Below, piece after piece: positions 1 through 12,804 of a DNA stretch of 64,000 nt. The translations under genes and the position numbers were made by a program. A model generated the notes under the pieces. It had not been told where the DNA came from. It saw nothing but the letters and a program-made list of their open reading frames with translations, and made no database searches. How positions within the stretch are numbered: the stretch's first letter is position 1; each line of letters starts with the position of its first letter. Source of the stretch: Acidobacteriota bacterium (GTDB lineage Bacteria; Acidobacteriota; UBA6911; RPQK01; JAJDTT01); assembly GCA_965209055.1 (NCBI GenBank), contig OZ242374.1:2528001-2592000 (forward strand). Reading direction: 5' to 3'.

Positions 1-436
1 CGCCGAGGTCATCGCCGGCGAGGAATCCAGTTATGAGCCGGAGGCGGTTCCGGCCGTGGTCTTCACCGATCCGGAGGTGGCCTGGTGCGGCCTGACCGAA
101 GGGGAAGCCAGGGACGAGGGTCAGGACATTCAGGTGGTGCGGTTCCCCTGGGCGGCGTCGGGCCGGGCCCTGACCATGGGAAGGCCCGAGGGGCTGACGA
201 AGATGATTCTTGATCCGGACTCGGGACAGGTCCTGGGAGTCGGCATCGTGGGCGCCCACGCCGGCGAGCTCATCGCGGAAGGGGTGGCGGCCATCGAGAT
301 GGCGGCCCTGGCCGAGGATCTGGCGCTCTGTATTCACGCCCATCCCACCCTTTCCGAGACCCTGGGCGAGGCGGCTGAGTCCTTCATGGGCCAGCCCACC
401 CACCTGTACCGTCCGCCGCGAAGGAGGAGATTCTAG
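1..436 (+). CDS. lpdA: dihydrolipoyl dehydrogenase, C-terminal part (truncated by window edge)
   Basis: [20 protein letters not shown] and HAHPTLSE motifs of the E3 dimerisation domain. Confidence 0.95.
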   Translation, partial: AEVIAGEESSYEPEAVPAVVFTDPEVAWCGLTEGEARDEGQDIQVVRFPWAASGRALTMGRPEGLTKMILDPDSGQVLGVGIVGAHAGELIAEGVAAIEMAALAEDLALCIHAHPTLSETLGEAAESFMGQPTHLYRPPRRRRF

Positions 437-588
437 GAGGGAAGGAAGGGCGTTTTTCAGGCGCGCCGTAGGTACAATAGCGTCCGGCGCCCGGAACGAC
501 GCTGCTCCAGTCGCCGCTCCAGCCGTTTGCCTTGCGCTGGCGATCGGGGGTATTTTTGGGGCCGCCGCCGAGAAAGGATCGATCCACC

Positions 589-3294
<2,706 letters not shown>

Positions 3295-3331
3295 CCCGGA
3301 ATGAGGGAGGGGACCGGTTGAGGCTGAATCG

Positions 3332-4000
3332 TTGACCGCTCGAGCCCGAACCATTGAGTTGCCCATTTTTCCCCTCCCCGGAGTCGTGTTCTTCCCCCGG
3401 GTGGTCCTCCCCCTGCACATCTTCGAACCGCGCTACAAGGCCATGGTGGCCAGCGCCCTGGACGGGAACGGACACATCGGCATGGTCCTCCTCCGGGAGG
3501 GGTGGCGCCCTCAATACCACGCTTCCCCGCCGGTCTTCGGAACCGGCACCATGGGTCTGATCACTCAGCCGGAAGAGCTTGAGGACGGCAAGTACAACCT
3601 CCTGCTCCGGGGGCTTCAGCGTTATCAGATCTTGGAATTCCTGCAGGAAACGCCCTTCCGGCTGGCCCGGGTCCGGCTTCTGGAGGACGTGGCCCCGGAC
3701 GAACGCGACGCTCAGGCCCTTCGCTGGAAGATGGCCAAGCGCCTGGACCAGTTGGCGCCCGAGATCAAGTTTCCGCCTCTGGAGCCCAAATTGGCCGGAC
3801 GGATCGATTTCCTGACCATGATCAACCTGATCTGTTGTTGCCTGGACCTCTCCGTCTACGACAAGCAGCGGCTGCTGGAGACGGGCGATCTGTCGGTGCG
3901 GGCTCGCGGAGTCCTGGGGGTGCTGGACCGGAAGCTGAAGGCCAAGAAACTGGTCTCGGGCTTTCAGACGCTCCGGCCCGAGCATCCGGAGCGGAATTGA
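3332..4000 (+). CDS. LON peptidase substrate-binding domain protein (no ATPase or protease domain)
   Basis: LPIFPLPGVVFFP..LPLHIFEPRY N-terminal signature. Confidence 0.88.
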   Translation: MTARARTIELPIFPLPGVVFFPRVVLPLHIFEPRYKAMVASALDGNGHIGMVLLREGWRPQYHASPPVFGTGTMGLITQPEELEDGKYNLLLRGLQRYQILEFLQETPFRLARVRLLEDVAPDERDAQALRWKMAKRLDQLAPEIKFPPLEPKLAGRIDFLTMINLICCCLDLSVYDKQRLLETGDLSVRARGVLGVLDRKLKAKKLVSGFQTLRPEHPERN

Positions 4001-4046
4001 GTTTACGACGCGGCGACCGGCCACAGACGGCGGGACTGGATTTTCG

Positions 4047-6128
4047 ATGAGAGTGATTCGGCTGCTGGCGCTTTGTCTGACGACCACGGTCCTTCCGGCG
4101 GCCACGTCCGGTCCGGAACGGAATCTCAGTTATGACATCCAGGCCAGTCTGGATCCGGTTTCCAGGACGGTCGAGGCTCAACAGGTTCTGAACTGGCGAA
4201 ACTCCTCGGACACGCCCGTCAGGGAGTTCCACTTTCACCTCTACCTGAACGCCTTCCGGAACAACCGCTCCACCATGATGTGGGAGCTGGATTTCGCCCC
4301 CTTCTGGAGGGACAAGGACCCGATTCCCGAGGACTACTGGGGTTTCATCGACGTCCAATCCATCCAGGTCGAGGCGGACGGACCGGAGGGCCCCACCCGC
4401 GTGGTGCGCCGCCGTTTCATCCATCCGGACGACGACAACGCCGAGGACCGGACGGTGCTGCAGGTCGAGCTGGACCGGCCTCTTGCCCCCGGCGAGCAGG
4501 TGCGTTTTCGAATCGCGTTCACCTCCAAGCTGCCCCGAGGCGCCCGCAGGACCGGCTGGGTGGAGGACTACTACTTCGTGGCCCAGTGGTTTCCCAAGCT
4601 GGGCGTCTTCGCCGACGGCGCCTGGTATTGCCACCAATATCATCGCCACTCCGAGTTCTTCGCCGATTTCGGGGACTATGAGGTGAGCCTCACGGTCCCG
4701 TCGGGCATGGTGGTGGGGGCCACAGGACGTCAGGTTGGCGAGACCGACAATGAGGACGGTACCCGCACGCACCGTTTTCAACAGGAAAACGTGCATGATT
4801 TCACCTGGGTGGCCAGCTCCCGGCTGATGCCCCGGACCCGGAGGTTCGATCATCCCGGCCTTCCCCCCGTCGACATGCGGCTGCTTCTGCTGGAGGAGCA
4901 TGAGCACCTGGAGGAACGGTACTTCCGGGCCATGGAGCATTCCCTGCGCCTCTTCGGGAGCTGGTTCGGACCCTATCCCTACTCGGTCCTGACCTTGGTC
5001 GATCCTCCCTACAACAGCCGCACCGGGGGAATGGAATACCCCACTCTCGTGACCGGGAGGACCGATTTCTGGTCGCCCCCGGAGACGCTCTCGCCCGAAG
5101 GGGTCACCATTCATGAAGTGGCCCATCAATGGTGGTACGGCCTGGTGGCCACCAACGAAGCCGAAGAGGCCTGGCTGGACGAAGGGATCACCTCTTGGGC
5201 TACGGACCGGGCCGCACGCGAAGCCTATGAGCCCCGGGTCCACGTGGAATGGCTCCTGGGGGAGGTCCCGCTTTCGTTCCCCTCCGTGACCCGCCCGTTC
5301 GAGACCCGGAACCTGGCCTGGGTGCGCCGCGGCGGACGCCTGGACGTCATGACCCGCAATTCCTGGAGTTTCCGGAACCGGCGCAGCTATTTCGTCAACG
5401 CCTACGCCAAGCCCGATATGGTCTTGTGGACCCTGGAACGGTACCTGGGCGCCGAGGTCATGCTGCGGGCGATCCGGACCTGGTTCGAGCGTTACCGGTA
5501 CCGCCATCCCACCGCGGAGGACTTTGTCCGAACGGTCAGCGAGGTGGCCGGCGAGGACCTGGATTGGTTCTTCCGGGAGACGATCCACAGCGCCGAGACG
5601 GTGGACTACGCCGTGACCGAAGCCCGTTCCAGGGCTATTCCGGACCTGAAGGGGGTGCCTCCGGGCGAAGCCGAAATCGTTGAGGAGGTGACCGTCGCGG
5701 AGGGCGGTGAGAGTTCCGAGCCGGAGGGCTCGGCCGCCGATCGGGATCCGGAAGACGCCGAAGCTGTTTCGACCGGAGGGGAAGGCGAGTCGAAGAAGAT
5801 CTACTGGAGCCGCGTGGTGGTGACGCGATTGCAGGGAGGACGGTTCCCGGTCGAGGTGGTCATGGAGTTCGACGACGGGAAACGGTTCCGGCGCCTCTGG
5901 GACGGGCAGTACCGGTGGGTCCGATACGAGTTCAAGCGTCCGTCGCGGCTCAAGTCCGCCGTGGTCGATCCGGACCGGAAGCTGCTTCTGGACATCAATC
6001 CCACCAACAACAGTCGACTGGTGAAGCCGCCGGCAAGCGGCCGACACTCCCTGGCCACCCGGAAGTGGACCGCAAAGTGGCTCTTCTGGCTGCAGAACCT
6101 GATGGAAGTCTTCGCTCTGATCTCATGA
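4047..6128 (+). CDS. secreted M1-family zinc metallopeptidase
   Basis: Signal peptide; GGMEYP; HEVAHQWW..WLDEG (HEXXH-x18-E); acidic low-complexity insert near C-terminus. Confidence 0.92.
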   Translation: MRVIRLLALCLTTTVLPAATSGPERNLSYDIQASLDPVSRTVEAQQVLNWRNSSDTPVREFHFHLYLNAFRNNRSTMMWELDFAPFWRDKDPIPEDYWGFIDVQSIQVEADGPEGPTRVVRRRFIHPDDDNAEDRTVLQVELDRPLAPGEQVRFRIAFTSKLPRGARRTGWVEDYYFVAQWFPKLGVFADGAWYCHQYHRHSEFFADFGDYEVSLTVPSGMVVGATGRQVGETDNEDGTRTHRFQQENVHDFTWVASSRLMPRTRRFDHPGLPPVDMRLLLLEEHEHLEERYFRAMEHSLRLFGSWFGPYPYSVLTLVDPPYNSRTGGMEYPTLVTGRTDFWSPPETLSPEGVTIHEVAHQWWYGLVATNEAEEAWLDEGITSWATDRAAREAYEPRVHVEWLLGEVPLSFPSVTRPFETRNLAWVRRGGRLDVMTRNSWSFRNRRSYFVNAYAKPDMVLWTLERYLGAEVMLRAIRTWFERYRYRHPTAEDFVRTVSEVAGEDLDWFFRETIHSAETVDYAVTEARSRAIPDLKGVPPGEAEIVEEVTVAEGGESSEPEGSAADRDPEDAEAVSTGGEGESKKIYWSRVVVTRLQGGRFPVEVVMEFDDGKRFRRLWDGQYRWVRYEFKRPSRLKSAVVDPDRKLLLDINPTNNSRLVKPPASGRHSLATRKWTAKWLFWLQNLMEVFALIS

Positions 6129-7186
6129 CACTCACCGGCTGCGTGGCTCAGGGTTGGCGGAATCTGTCGGCCCACAAGAAGTCGATTCTCTATCTCTACC
6201 TGGTGATCCTGGGATCGGCGTCCATCCTCCTCCTTCCCTTCATGGAGAGCTTCGAGTCCTCCCTGGGCGCCGGCGTCTATCGGGAACGGCTGGTGACGAC
6301 TCTGGACTACGACTGGTACCAGCTCTTCCGGGACCGGACCCGGGGAGCGGCCGAGAGCTTCGGTCCCTGGGTCCTGGGAGCAGGACCGTTCCTCCACACC
6401 CTGGAGTTCCTGTTGGAAGACGGTTTCGGCAAGTTGCCGCCGGCGGTTCTCGGCGCCGTTGCCATCTATCTTCTGTTGCACACCTTCGTGCTCTCGGCGG
6501 CAGTCAGCTCCCTTCACCTGCACCCCGGAGGAGGCAGCACGCGGGGTTTCCTCCGCAACGGAGCCGATTTCTTCGGCCGGTTTCTCAGGCTGAGCGTGCT
6601 GGCGCTTCTTCTCTACTGGTGCCTGAGGCAGTTGCTGATCCCGGTGGACGGGTGGGTCGACTCGTATTCCGACGCCGCTGCGACCGAGGTCACAGGTTTC
6701 TACCTCAGCCTGGCCCGCTATCTCCTGGTCCTCGTCCTGATTCTGTTACTGGACCTGGTTCTCGACTACGCTCGAATCAAGGTCGTCCTGGAAGACCGCA
6801 CCAGCATCCTGCTGGCCGTGTTGGCCGCCGCCCGATTCTGCGCGAGTCATTTCCTGGGCGCCACCGGACTCTATCTGCTCCTGGCCTGTTTCACCCTGGT
6901 CTGGGCCGGGCTCTACCTGGGCGTCGACACGTTGGTTGACGGCCATTCCCGGGGAGGAATCCTGGTGGCGTTCGTGGTGCAGCAGATCTGCATGCTGGGC
7001 AGAATGGCCCTCAAGCTCCTGGGCTTCGGCGCCCAGATCCAGTTCGTCATGAGCCGGGACCCCTGGTTCCGCGACCGGGACCCTCTGGGAGGTGGACCGG
7101 GAGGGGGGACTTTCCTGTCCCCTCCGGAGCAGGCGACGTCCCCGTCCCCCGCACCCCCATCAGCAAAACCGGAGGAATCGGCATGA
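6125..7186 (+). CDS. multi-pass membrane protein of unknown function
   Basis: ATGA overlap with upstream stop; several hydrophobic helices; Pro-rich tail. Confidence 0.8.
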   Translation: MTLTGCVAQGWRNLSAHKKSILYLYLVILGSASILLLPFMESFESSLGAGVYRERLVTTLDYDWYQLFRDRTRGAAESFGPWVLGAGPFLHTLEFLLEDGFGKLPPAVLGAVAIYLLLHTFVLSAAVSSLHLHPGGGSTRGFLRNGADFFGRFLRLSVLALLLYWCLRQLLIPVDGWVDSYSDAAATEVTGFYLSLARYLLVLVLILLLDLVLDYARIKVVLEDRTSILLAVLAAARFCASHFLGATGLYLLLACFTLVWAGLYLGVDTLVDGHSRGGILVAFVVQQICMLGRMALKLLGFGAQIQFVMSRDPWFRDRDPLGGGPGGGTFLSPPEQATSPSPAPPSAKPEESA

Positions 7187-8958
7187 CCGGGCGGCTCCGA
7201 TGGTCTCTCCTCGCTCTCGTCTTGCTCACCGGCACCGCCGGCGCCCGGGACGAAGGACGGCTCCTGGAGCACCTGCGCTATCTTGCCTCCGACGAGTTGG
7301 AGGGCCGGGGCAACGGGTCGCCCGGCATGGAGCTGGCGGCGCGCTACGTGGCGATGGAGCTCCGGCGGATCGGCGTGGAGCCGGCCGGGTCCGACGGCAC
7401 GTACTTTCAGCCCTTTACCATCACCACGGGCCAGGACCTGGGTCCAAACAACCGACTGGAGATCCGGGGGCCCGAGAACGTTCGAGAGCTTTCAATCGGC
7501 CCTGAGTACCAACTGCTGACCTACGGTCCGAATCCAACCGTCTCCGGAGAGCTCTTCTTCGCCGGTTTCGGAATCACGGCGGACGAACCCAAGTACGACG
7601 ACTACGGCGACTGGGACGTTCGAGGCCGGGTGATCGTGGCGTTCGAGCACGAACCCCAGGAACGATTGGCCTCCAGCCCGTTTCACGGCAAGAACCTGAC
7701 GTCTTATTCGACGGTGACCCACAAGGCGCTCAACGCCAGAAGCCGCGGCGCCGCGGCGCTGATCCTGATTCCCGATCGATTCAATCATCCGAAGCAACGC
7801 TCCCGGCAGGCCACGCAACTCGAGAAGGTGGCCAACATGGGCATCCCCACCGTTCGCCTGACCGGACGTTTGGGCGAGCGCCTGCTCCGGGAGGCTGGAC
7901 GGGACCCGTCGGAAATCGACCGCTGGATCCACCATCACCTCACCCCCTATTCGTTCCCCATGGACGGGATTTCCATCCGCCTGGATGTGGACGTGGTGCC
8001 GGTCCGTCACCGGGTAAAGAACGTCGTTGGCGTCGTACCCGGCGAATCGGAGGAAGCGGTGGTGATCGGCGCTCACTACGACCACCTGGGTTTCGGGGAC
8101 GAATCCTCCCTGGCGGAACAGCACCTGGGTCAGATCCACAATGGGGCGGATGACAATGCTTCCGGGGTGGCCGCGCTACTGGTGCTCGCCCGCGACCTGT
8201 CGGCGGCCCGGCCCGGCCGCACCATCGTTTTCGCCGCATTTGCAGCCGAGGAACTGGGACTCCTGGGCTCCCGCCACTACGTGCAGCATCCGCCTTTGCC
8301 GCTGGAACGAACCGTGGCCATGGTGAACCTGGACATGATCGGACGCAGCGACGGCGACGTGCTCATTGGAGGAGTGGGCACGGCAAAGGAGTTTCGCGAC
8401 CTGCTCCACGACGTAGAGGCGCACACACCGTTGACCTTCAAATACGCCAGCACTCCCCGGGGTTCGAGCGACCATCTCTCTTTCGCCTCGGCGGGAATCC
8501 CGGTCCTCTTCTTCTTTACGGGCCTGCACCCCGACTACCACAAGCCGTCCGACGACTGGGAGAAGATCGACCTGGTCCGAACCTGGCAGGTGGTGGAGGC
8601 CGTGCGTAAGACCGTGGAGCGGCTGAGCCGTCTGGAGAGCCGGCCCCGGTACGTGGACCTCCGGCAGGGGAGGATGCCGCTCGACGACCGGCCCTGGCTG
8701 GGTATCGCCCCCGACATGAGCTGGACGCTGGGCGGCATCCAGATCGCACAGGTCCTGAGCTGGAGTCCAGCCCACGAGGCGGGATTGGAGGAGAAGGACG
8801 TGCTGGTGGAATTCGGCGGGCGGGTGATACGCAATCTCCGGGACCTGCGCAACCTGATCCGGTCACGGAAGCCGGGAGATCAGGTCAAGATCCTGGTGCT
8901 ACGACGAGGGCAACTAGTCGAGGTGACCGCCCGGCTCGACCGGCGGTCCGCACGGTAA
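7183..8958 (+). CDS. M28-family peptidase with PA insert and C-terminal PDZ domain
   Basis: GAHYDHLG, NGADDNASG, AEELGLLGS, NLDMIGR, SDH, YHKPSD; WLGI..SPAHEAGL PDZ. Confidence 0.92.
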   Translation: MTGRLRWSLLALVLLTGTAGARDEGRLLEHLRYLASDELEGRGNGSPGMELAARYVAMELRRIGVEPAGSDGTYFQPFTITTGQDLGPNNRLEIRGPENVRELSIGPEYQLLTYGPNPTVSGELFFAGFGITADEPKYDDYGDWDVRGRVIVAFEHEPQERLASSPFHGKNLTSYSTVTHKALNARSRGAAALILIPDRFNHPKQRSRQATQLEKVANMGIPTVRLTGRLGERLLREAGRDPSEIDRWIHHHLTPYSFPMDGISIRLDVDVVPVRHRVKNVVGVVPGESEEAVVIGAHYDHLGFGDESSLAEQHLGQIHNGADDNASGVAALLVLARDLSAARPGRTIVFAAFAAEELGLLGSRHYVQHPPLPLERTVAMVNLDMIGRSDGDVLIGGVGTAKEFRDLLHDVEAHTPLTFKYASTPRGSSDHLSFASAGIPVLFFFTGLHPDYHKPSDDWEKIDLVRTWQVVEAVRKTVERLSRLESRPRYVDLRQGRMPLDDRPWLGIAPDMSWTLGGIQIAQVLSWSPAHEAGLEEKDVLVEFGGRVIRNLRDLRNLIRSRKPGDQVKILVLRRGQLVEVTARLDRRSAR

Positions 8959-9062
8959 GCGCTCGGCTCTGCGATCAGAGGCTGGGGGCTCGAAGCGCAG
9001 ATTTCGCCAATTCCTCACGGTTCCTGAGACCCTCTCCCCAGCAGGCTTAAACGCCTCCCTCG

Positions 9063-9845
9063 TCATCCACAGTCCAGGACACGTTTGCCGAGCGGCTGCA
9101 CGGTCCGAAAGTTGTTCGGATAGACGGCGCCGAACGCGGCGATCTGCTCCGGCGACATCGTGAGGGGCTCGGTCAGGACGGTCCAATTGACGCCTTCGGT
9201 GCAGGGTGGAGTCGTGAGCGATCCCCGGTAGCGCCACGTGGTTCGGGTAGCCGGCAGCAACGCCGCCAGGTCGAGCTCGCCCGAAACCACGTGCGAGGCC
9301 GTCGGTTCGGTCGGAAAGTTTGCCCAGACCGGAGCCAGAGCTTCGTTCGCCGGTCCTTCCTGGAACAGGATTCCGACCACCGCCAGCGAGCCGCCATCAT
9401 TTTGATGCACCAAGTGCATCTCCAAGGGGAATTGAATGCCGTCAACCGTATGCTCGCTGGCATGGTGGAAGTGGAACTGCAGCAGTTCGAAGCGTACCCC
9501 GCTGAGGACGGTGGCGCTGCCGGGGTCCGGGTTCACCTGAATCGTGTGCCCGTTATTCTCGACGGCGATGCGGGTCCGCCGGTATTCAAACTCGATCGCC
9601 ATCGGATCGGCATTCCGGTCGGCGGTCAGATCGATGGGAGACTGCTCTTCGCCCATGGCGCACACGCTGAACGCCGGGTCGAGCGTGCCCCAGTGCGCCG
9701 GGCCGTTGTGCGGCTCATACCCCCATGACGATTCGGTATGTTGCGATGCATCTTCGCCCCCGACGGGTGCCGGCTCTTCCGCGCTCTGGCAGCCGAACGG
9801 CGCCAAGGCGACGATGGCGATTGCGGATAAGATACTTCGTGTCAT
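9063..9845 (-). CDS. alpha-class carbonic anhydrase, probable lipoprotein
   Basis: QSPID, NNGHTIQ, QFHFH..SEH, EMHLVH, GSLTTPPC; lipobox-like APFGC. Confidence 0.95.
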   Translation of the reverse strand: MTRSILSAIAIVALAPFGCQSAEEPAPVGGEDASQHTESSWGYEPHNGPAHWGTLDPAFSVCAMGEEQSPIDLTADRNADPMAIEFEYRRTRIAVENNGHTIQVNPDPGSATVLSGVRFELLQFHFHHASEHTVDGIQFPLEMHLVHQNDGGSLAVVGILFQEGPANEALAPVWANFPTEPTASHVVSGELDLAALLPATRTTWRYRGSLTTPPCTEGVNWTVLTEPLTMSPEQIAAFGAVYPNNFRTVQPLGKRVLDCG

Positions 9846-10020
9846 TTTCCCTCCGATTCTCTGTTGTCAACTTGAGAGCCTACAGTATCCGATGCCGGAC
9901 GACCCCTTTGAAGAACTCGTCGCCGAACCTGGTCATGAATTCCCAAATGACGCCTGCGCCGAGCCGGATGGCAACGGTATCTTACACCGGCGTCCCGGAG
10001 CCTTGTTGCTGGTCCCGATC

Positions 10021-10464
10021 TTAGCCTTTCCGGACCCACGCCCTGACACGTTTCACGTGGGTCCATGGCCGCAACATCGCGGAAATAACATCGCATACGA
10101 TCCCCTGCTCATCCACAAGGAATGTGACGCGCCCGGGCAGCCCCCATGAATAGGCTCCGTACAGGCGACGAACGACATTTCCCGGGTCGCTGGCGATCTG
10201 AAAGGGCAGGGCCTGGCATTCGGCAAATTTACGGTGCGAGTCTACGCTGGCGCTGTTGATGCCGATCACCTCCACCCCCAGTTCGACCAGGTCTTCATGA
10301 ATATCTCGGAGACCGCGAACCTGGAGGGTGCACCCCGGGGAATCGTCCGCCGGATAGAAAAACAGAACCACCTTCCGGCCGCGTAACGAACTCAGCCGGA
10401 GAGAATCATTCTTCGTTGTCTTCAGAACGAAGTCGGGTGCGGTGTCACCGGCGGAAACGGCCAC
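10021..10464 (-). CDS. peroxiredoxin, BCP/PrxQ type
   Basis: FFYPADDSPGCT (PxxxT/SxxC); RVTFLVD. Confidence 0.9.
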   Translation of the reverse strand: MAVSAGDTAPDFVLKTTKNDSLRLSSLRGRKVVLFFYPADDSPGCTLQVRGLRDIHEDLVELGVEVIGINSASVDSHRKFAECQALPFQIASDPGNVVRRLYGAYSWGLPGRVTFLVDEQGIVCDVISAMLRPWTHVKRVRAWVRKG

Positions 10465-10629
10465 AGTGTGAAATGCCTGTCAAACCGGGACGAACGAAAC
10501 GACGAAAGACACGGAAGAGCCGATTGGCCGGTGCGAAGCACGCGCCTCCAGGATGAGTCGGGTCAGGAAGAATTGTCTGGTCAGCGGGCTCACAGCGCGG
10601 CTGGGCCGAAAAGTCAAACGTCGAACCGG

Positions 10630-11058
10630 CTAATCGGCGGAATCCTGCGTGCGGTCGCCCATATCGACGGTGCCTTTGAAGTTGGAACCCTCTTTCAGAA
10701 TGACTTCGGGAGCGATCAGCTTGCCTCGGACGCATCCCGTTTCACTCAAGAGAATCTGTTCCTCTCCCCGAAGGAGGCCGTCTACATAACCATCAACCCG
10801 AATCACCCTGGCCAGGAGGTCGGCCTTGATCCGGCCTTCCTTCCCCACTGTGATGTTGCACCCGGTCAGGGAGAGCTGTCCTTCGACACGACCCTTGATG
10901 ACCATATCCTGCGATCCGCTCACCTCCCCCTTGATGGTGATGCTGGAGCCGATGACGGATCGGTTCCCGTTTCGCCCCCCGGCATCCGGCTGGGTAGAAA
11001 TTCGAGGTAGAGTCCCTCGGGACGCTTTCAATGGCTCCGGCGAATCCTTTTCCCACAT
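10630..11058 (-). CDS. bactofilin (polymer-forming cytoskeletal protein)
   Basis: SVIGSSITIKGEVSG..IKGRVEG..EGSNFKGTVDM beta-helix pattern. Confidence 0.9.
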   Translation of the reverse strand: MWEKDSPEPLKASRGTLPRISTQPDAGGRNGNRSVIGSSITIKGEVSGSQDMVIKGRVEGQLSLTGCNITVGKEGRIKADLLARVIRVDGYVDGLLRGEEQILLSETGCVRGKLIAPEVILKEGSNFKGTVDMGDRTQDSAD

Positions 11059-11412
11059 GTATTACTCCCTTCGGCGCAAACCCACATTAGGATAGATGAC
11101 ATCCCTGTCATCTCTTTGTGGTCTTTCCTGCACTGGGCTGATCAGCCCGGCCCTGGGGTTGGACAATCCGAAAATACCGGCGCCGCGTCAGCGAGCCGGG
11201 ACGATGTTCACGGTCACCGCAGATACTGCGGGCTGCTGGACATCCACCCGGTACGCAACAAAAACAGAGCAGGAAACGACAACGGATAAGGCAAAGACGT
11301 GGAAGATGCAGCCCCCCCGTTCCCGTTAGCCTCAGCGTTGAAACCAGTGGTGGATCCGCGTCGCGGTCGACCGCGGTGCTACAGACCGTTGGGCTCAAAA
11401 AGGGAACCCCGT

Positions 11413-11784
11413 ATGTCGAAGAAACCTTCTGAATTCAGTCATCACATCCGGCGTGAGGGCAACGTCGTCATTGTCGCGCTGCGGGGACATCTGGATGGCT
11501 TTGCCGCGATGGAACTAAAGCCGGTAATTGACGAACTGCTCAGCGGAGGCGCCATGATTGTCGTCTTTGCCTGCCGTGAGCTTAGCTACACAGGCCTGAT
11601 CGGCTACCAGGTCGTGCTCACCACAGCCAAGAAGCTACAACGGCGCAAAGGGCGTTTCGCAATGTGCGGCCTGGCACCCGACCTGAAGGAAATCTTCCAG
11701 TTGGCCGGAAGGATGAGTCCGGACATTCCGATCTTCGGCTCCTTGGACGAAGCTCTGGCCGCCATCAGGAATGACTGCAAGTAG
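11413..11784 (+). CDS. STAS-domain protein (anti-sigma-factor antagonist-like)
   Basis: IVALRGHLD..MCGL..LKEIFQLAG..IF.SLDEAL pattern. Confidence 0.85.
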   Translation: MSKKPSEFSHHIRREGNVVIVALRGHLDGFAAMELKPVIDELLSGGAMIVVFACRELSYTGLIGYQVVLTTAKKLQRRKGRFAMCGLAPDLKEIFQLAGRMSPDIPIFGSLDEALAAIRNDCK

Positions 11785-11813
11785 ACCTCGACCTTTCCCT
11801 TGATCGGCGGCCG

Positions 11814-12707
11814 TTACGGGCGGCGTTCTCGATACGCTCCCGGCGTGGCGCCGACAAGTTGCTTGAACCGCTTTGTGAAGTGCGCCTGTGATGAAAACCC
11901 CAAATCGTAGGCAATTGCGGCAAGCGGGCGCCCTTTGGCAATCCAGGACTTTGCCCTTTCGATCCGGAGCTCCGTGATGTATCTGTGCGGCGCCAACCCT
12001 GTTGCGGCCTTGAAGGCGCGAGCGAAATGGAAAGGACTCAGGCAGGCCTCCTTCGCCATCGTCTCGATAGTCAGGTTTCGACCGAGATTGCATTCGATGA
12101 AATCCTTGACGCGCCGGAGGCGTTGGGGGTCGAGTGCGCCGCGGACTTCCGGCAGCGAAATCCTTGCCGACTCCAGGTTGGAATGATGTCGGAGGACGTG
12201 AACGCCAAGAGCGGACGTCAGGTTTTCGACCAGCATTTTCCCAGCCGGCGTGGGGTCGAGCATCTCGGCGCGGATGTTAAGCGCAATCTGTTCGATCAGG
12301 GGATCTCGAAAGCCGCCATCGTAACGCAGGCTGATTCTGTCGGGGTCGACGTCTAGTTCGCGAATGGCGGTTTCGGCCAGCGGCAACGCGGGAAGGAAGA
12401 GGTGGAGACTCTCTCGGACCTCTCCATAGAGATGGATCATATCCTCGTAAACGCCCGCTGGACACACCCAGATCGTGCCCGGGACCGCGTCGCAATGCTG
12501 AATCCGGCCGTCGCCGCGCCGCCTGACGGGCAGTTGGCCCCGAATCAGGACGATGACTTCAGTGTCGCGGACCTCGACTTCGCCGAGTTCGCCTTCCGAG
12601 TGACGCCAGCATTCCGCCCGCAGGCCCTTCCATCCCCGGTCTTCACTGGTCCTGAGCCGCGTCCCGGTTGTGTATTTCGCGCGTTCATGTCCACCGATGT
12701 AGGGCAC
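11814..12707 (-). CDS. AraC-family transcriptional regulator
   Basis: LSPFHFARAFKAATG..P; IA.DLGFSSQAHFTKRFKQLVGATPG.YR. Confidence 0.95.
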   Translation of the reverse strand: MPYIGGHERAKYTTGTRLRTSEDRGWKGLRAECWRHSEGELGEVEVRDTEVIVLIRGQLPVRRRGDGRIQHCDAVPGTIWVCPAGVYEDMIHLYGEVRESLHLFLPALPLAETAIRELDVDPDRISLRYDGGFRDPLIEQIALNIRAEMLDPTPAGKMLVENLTSALGVHVLRHHSNLESARISLPEVRGALDPQRLRRVKDFIECNLGRNLTIETMAKEACLSPFHFARAFKAATGLAPHRYITELRIERAKSWIAKGRPLAAIAYDLGFSSQAHFTKRFKQLVGATPGAYRERRP

Positions 12708-12711
12708 TGTT

Positions 12712-12734
12712 CTTACCTATTGTAAATAAGTAAG
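12712..12734. promoter_or_regulatory. imperfect palindrome overlapping the -10 (TACAAT, minus strand) of the AraC gene; putative operator
   Basis: CTTACCTATT-GTA-AATAAGTAAG, 9 of 10 arm positions complementary. Confidence 0.5.
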
Positions 12735-12804
12735 GGACCCGCGCGGCTGCGTATTCCAGTTCCTTGCCGCACACGTTGTCATTGTTTGCTCTGTGTCGTG
12801 ACAG

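Noticed and set aside
479-503. Hairpin in the acnA leader as an iron-responsive-like element
   Set aside because: No CAGUG loop; a short GC-rich stem is expected by chance
9880-9985. Possible gene remnant on the minus strand (..IRLGAGVIWEFMTRFGDEFFKGVVRHRIL*)
   Set aside because: Too short and no recognisable family; cannot be supported without a search
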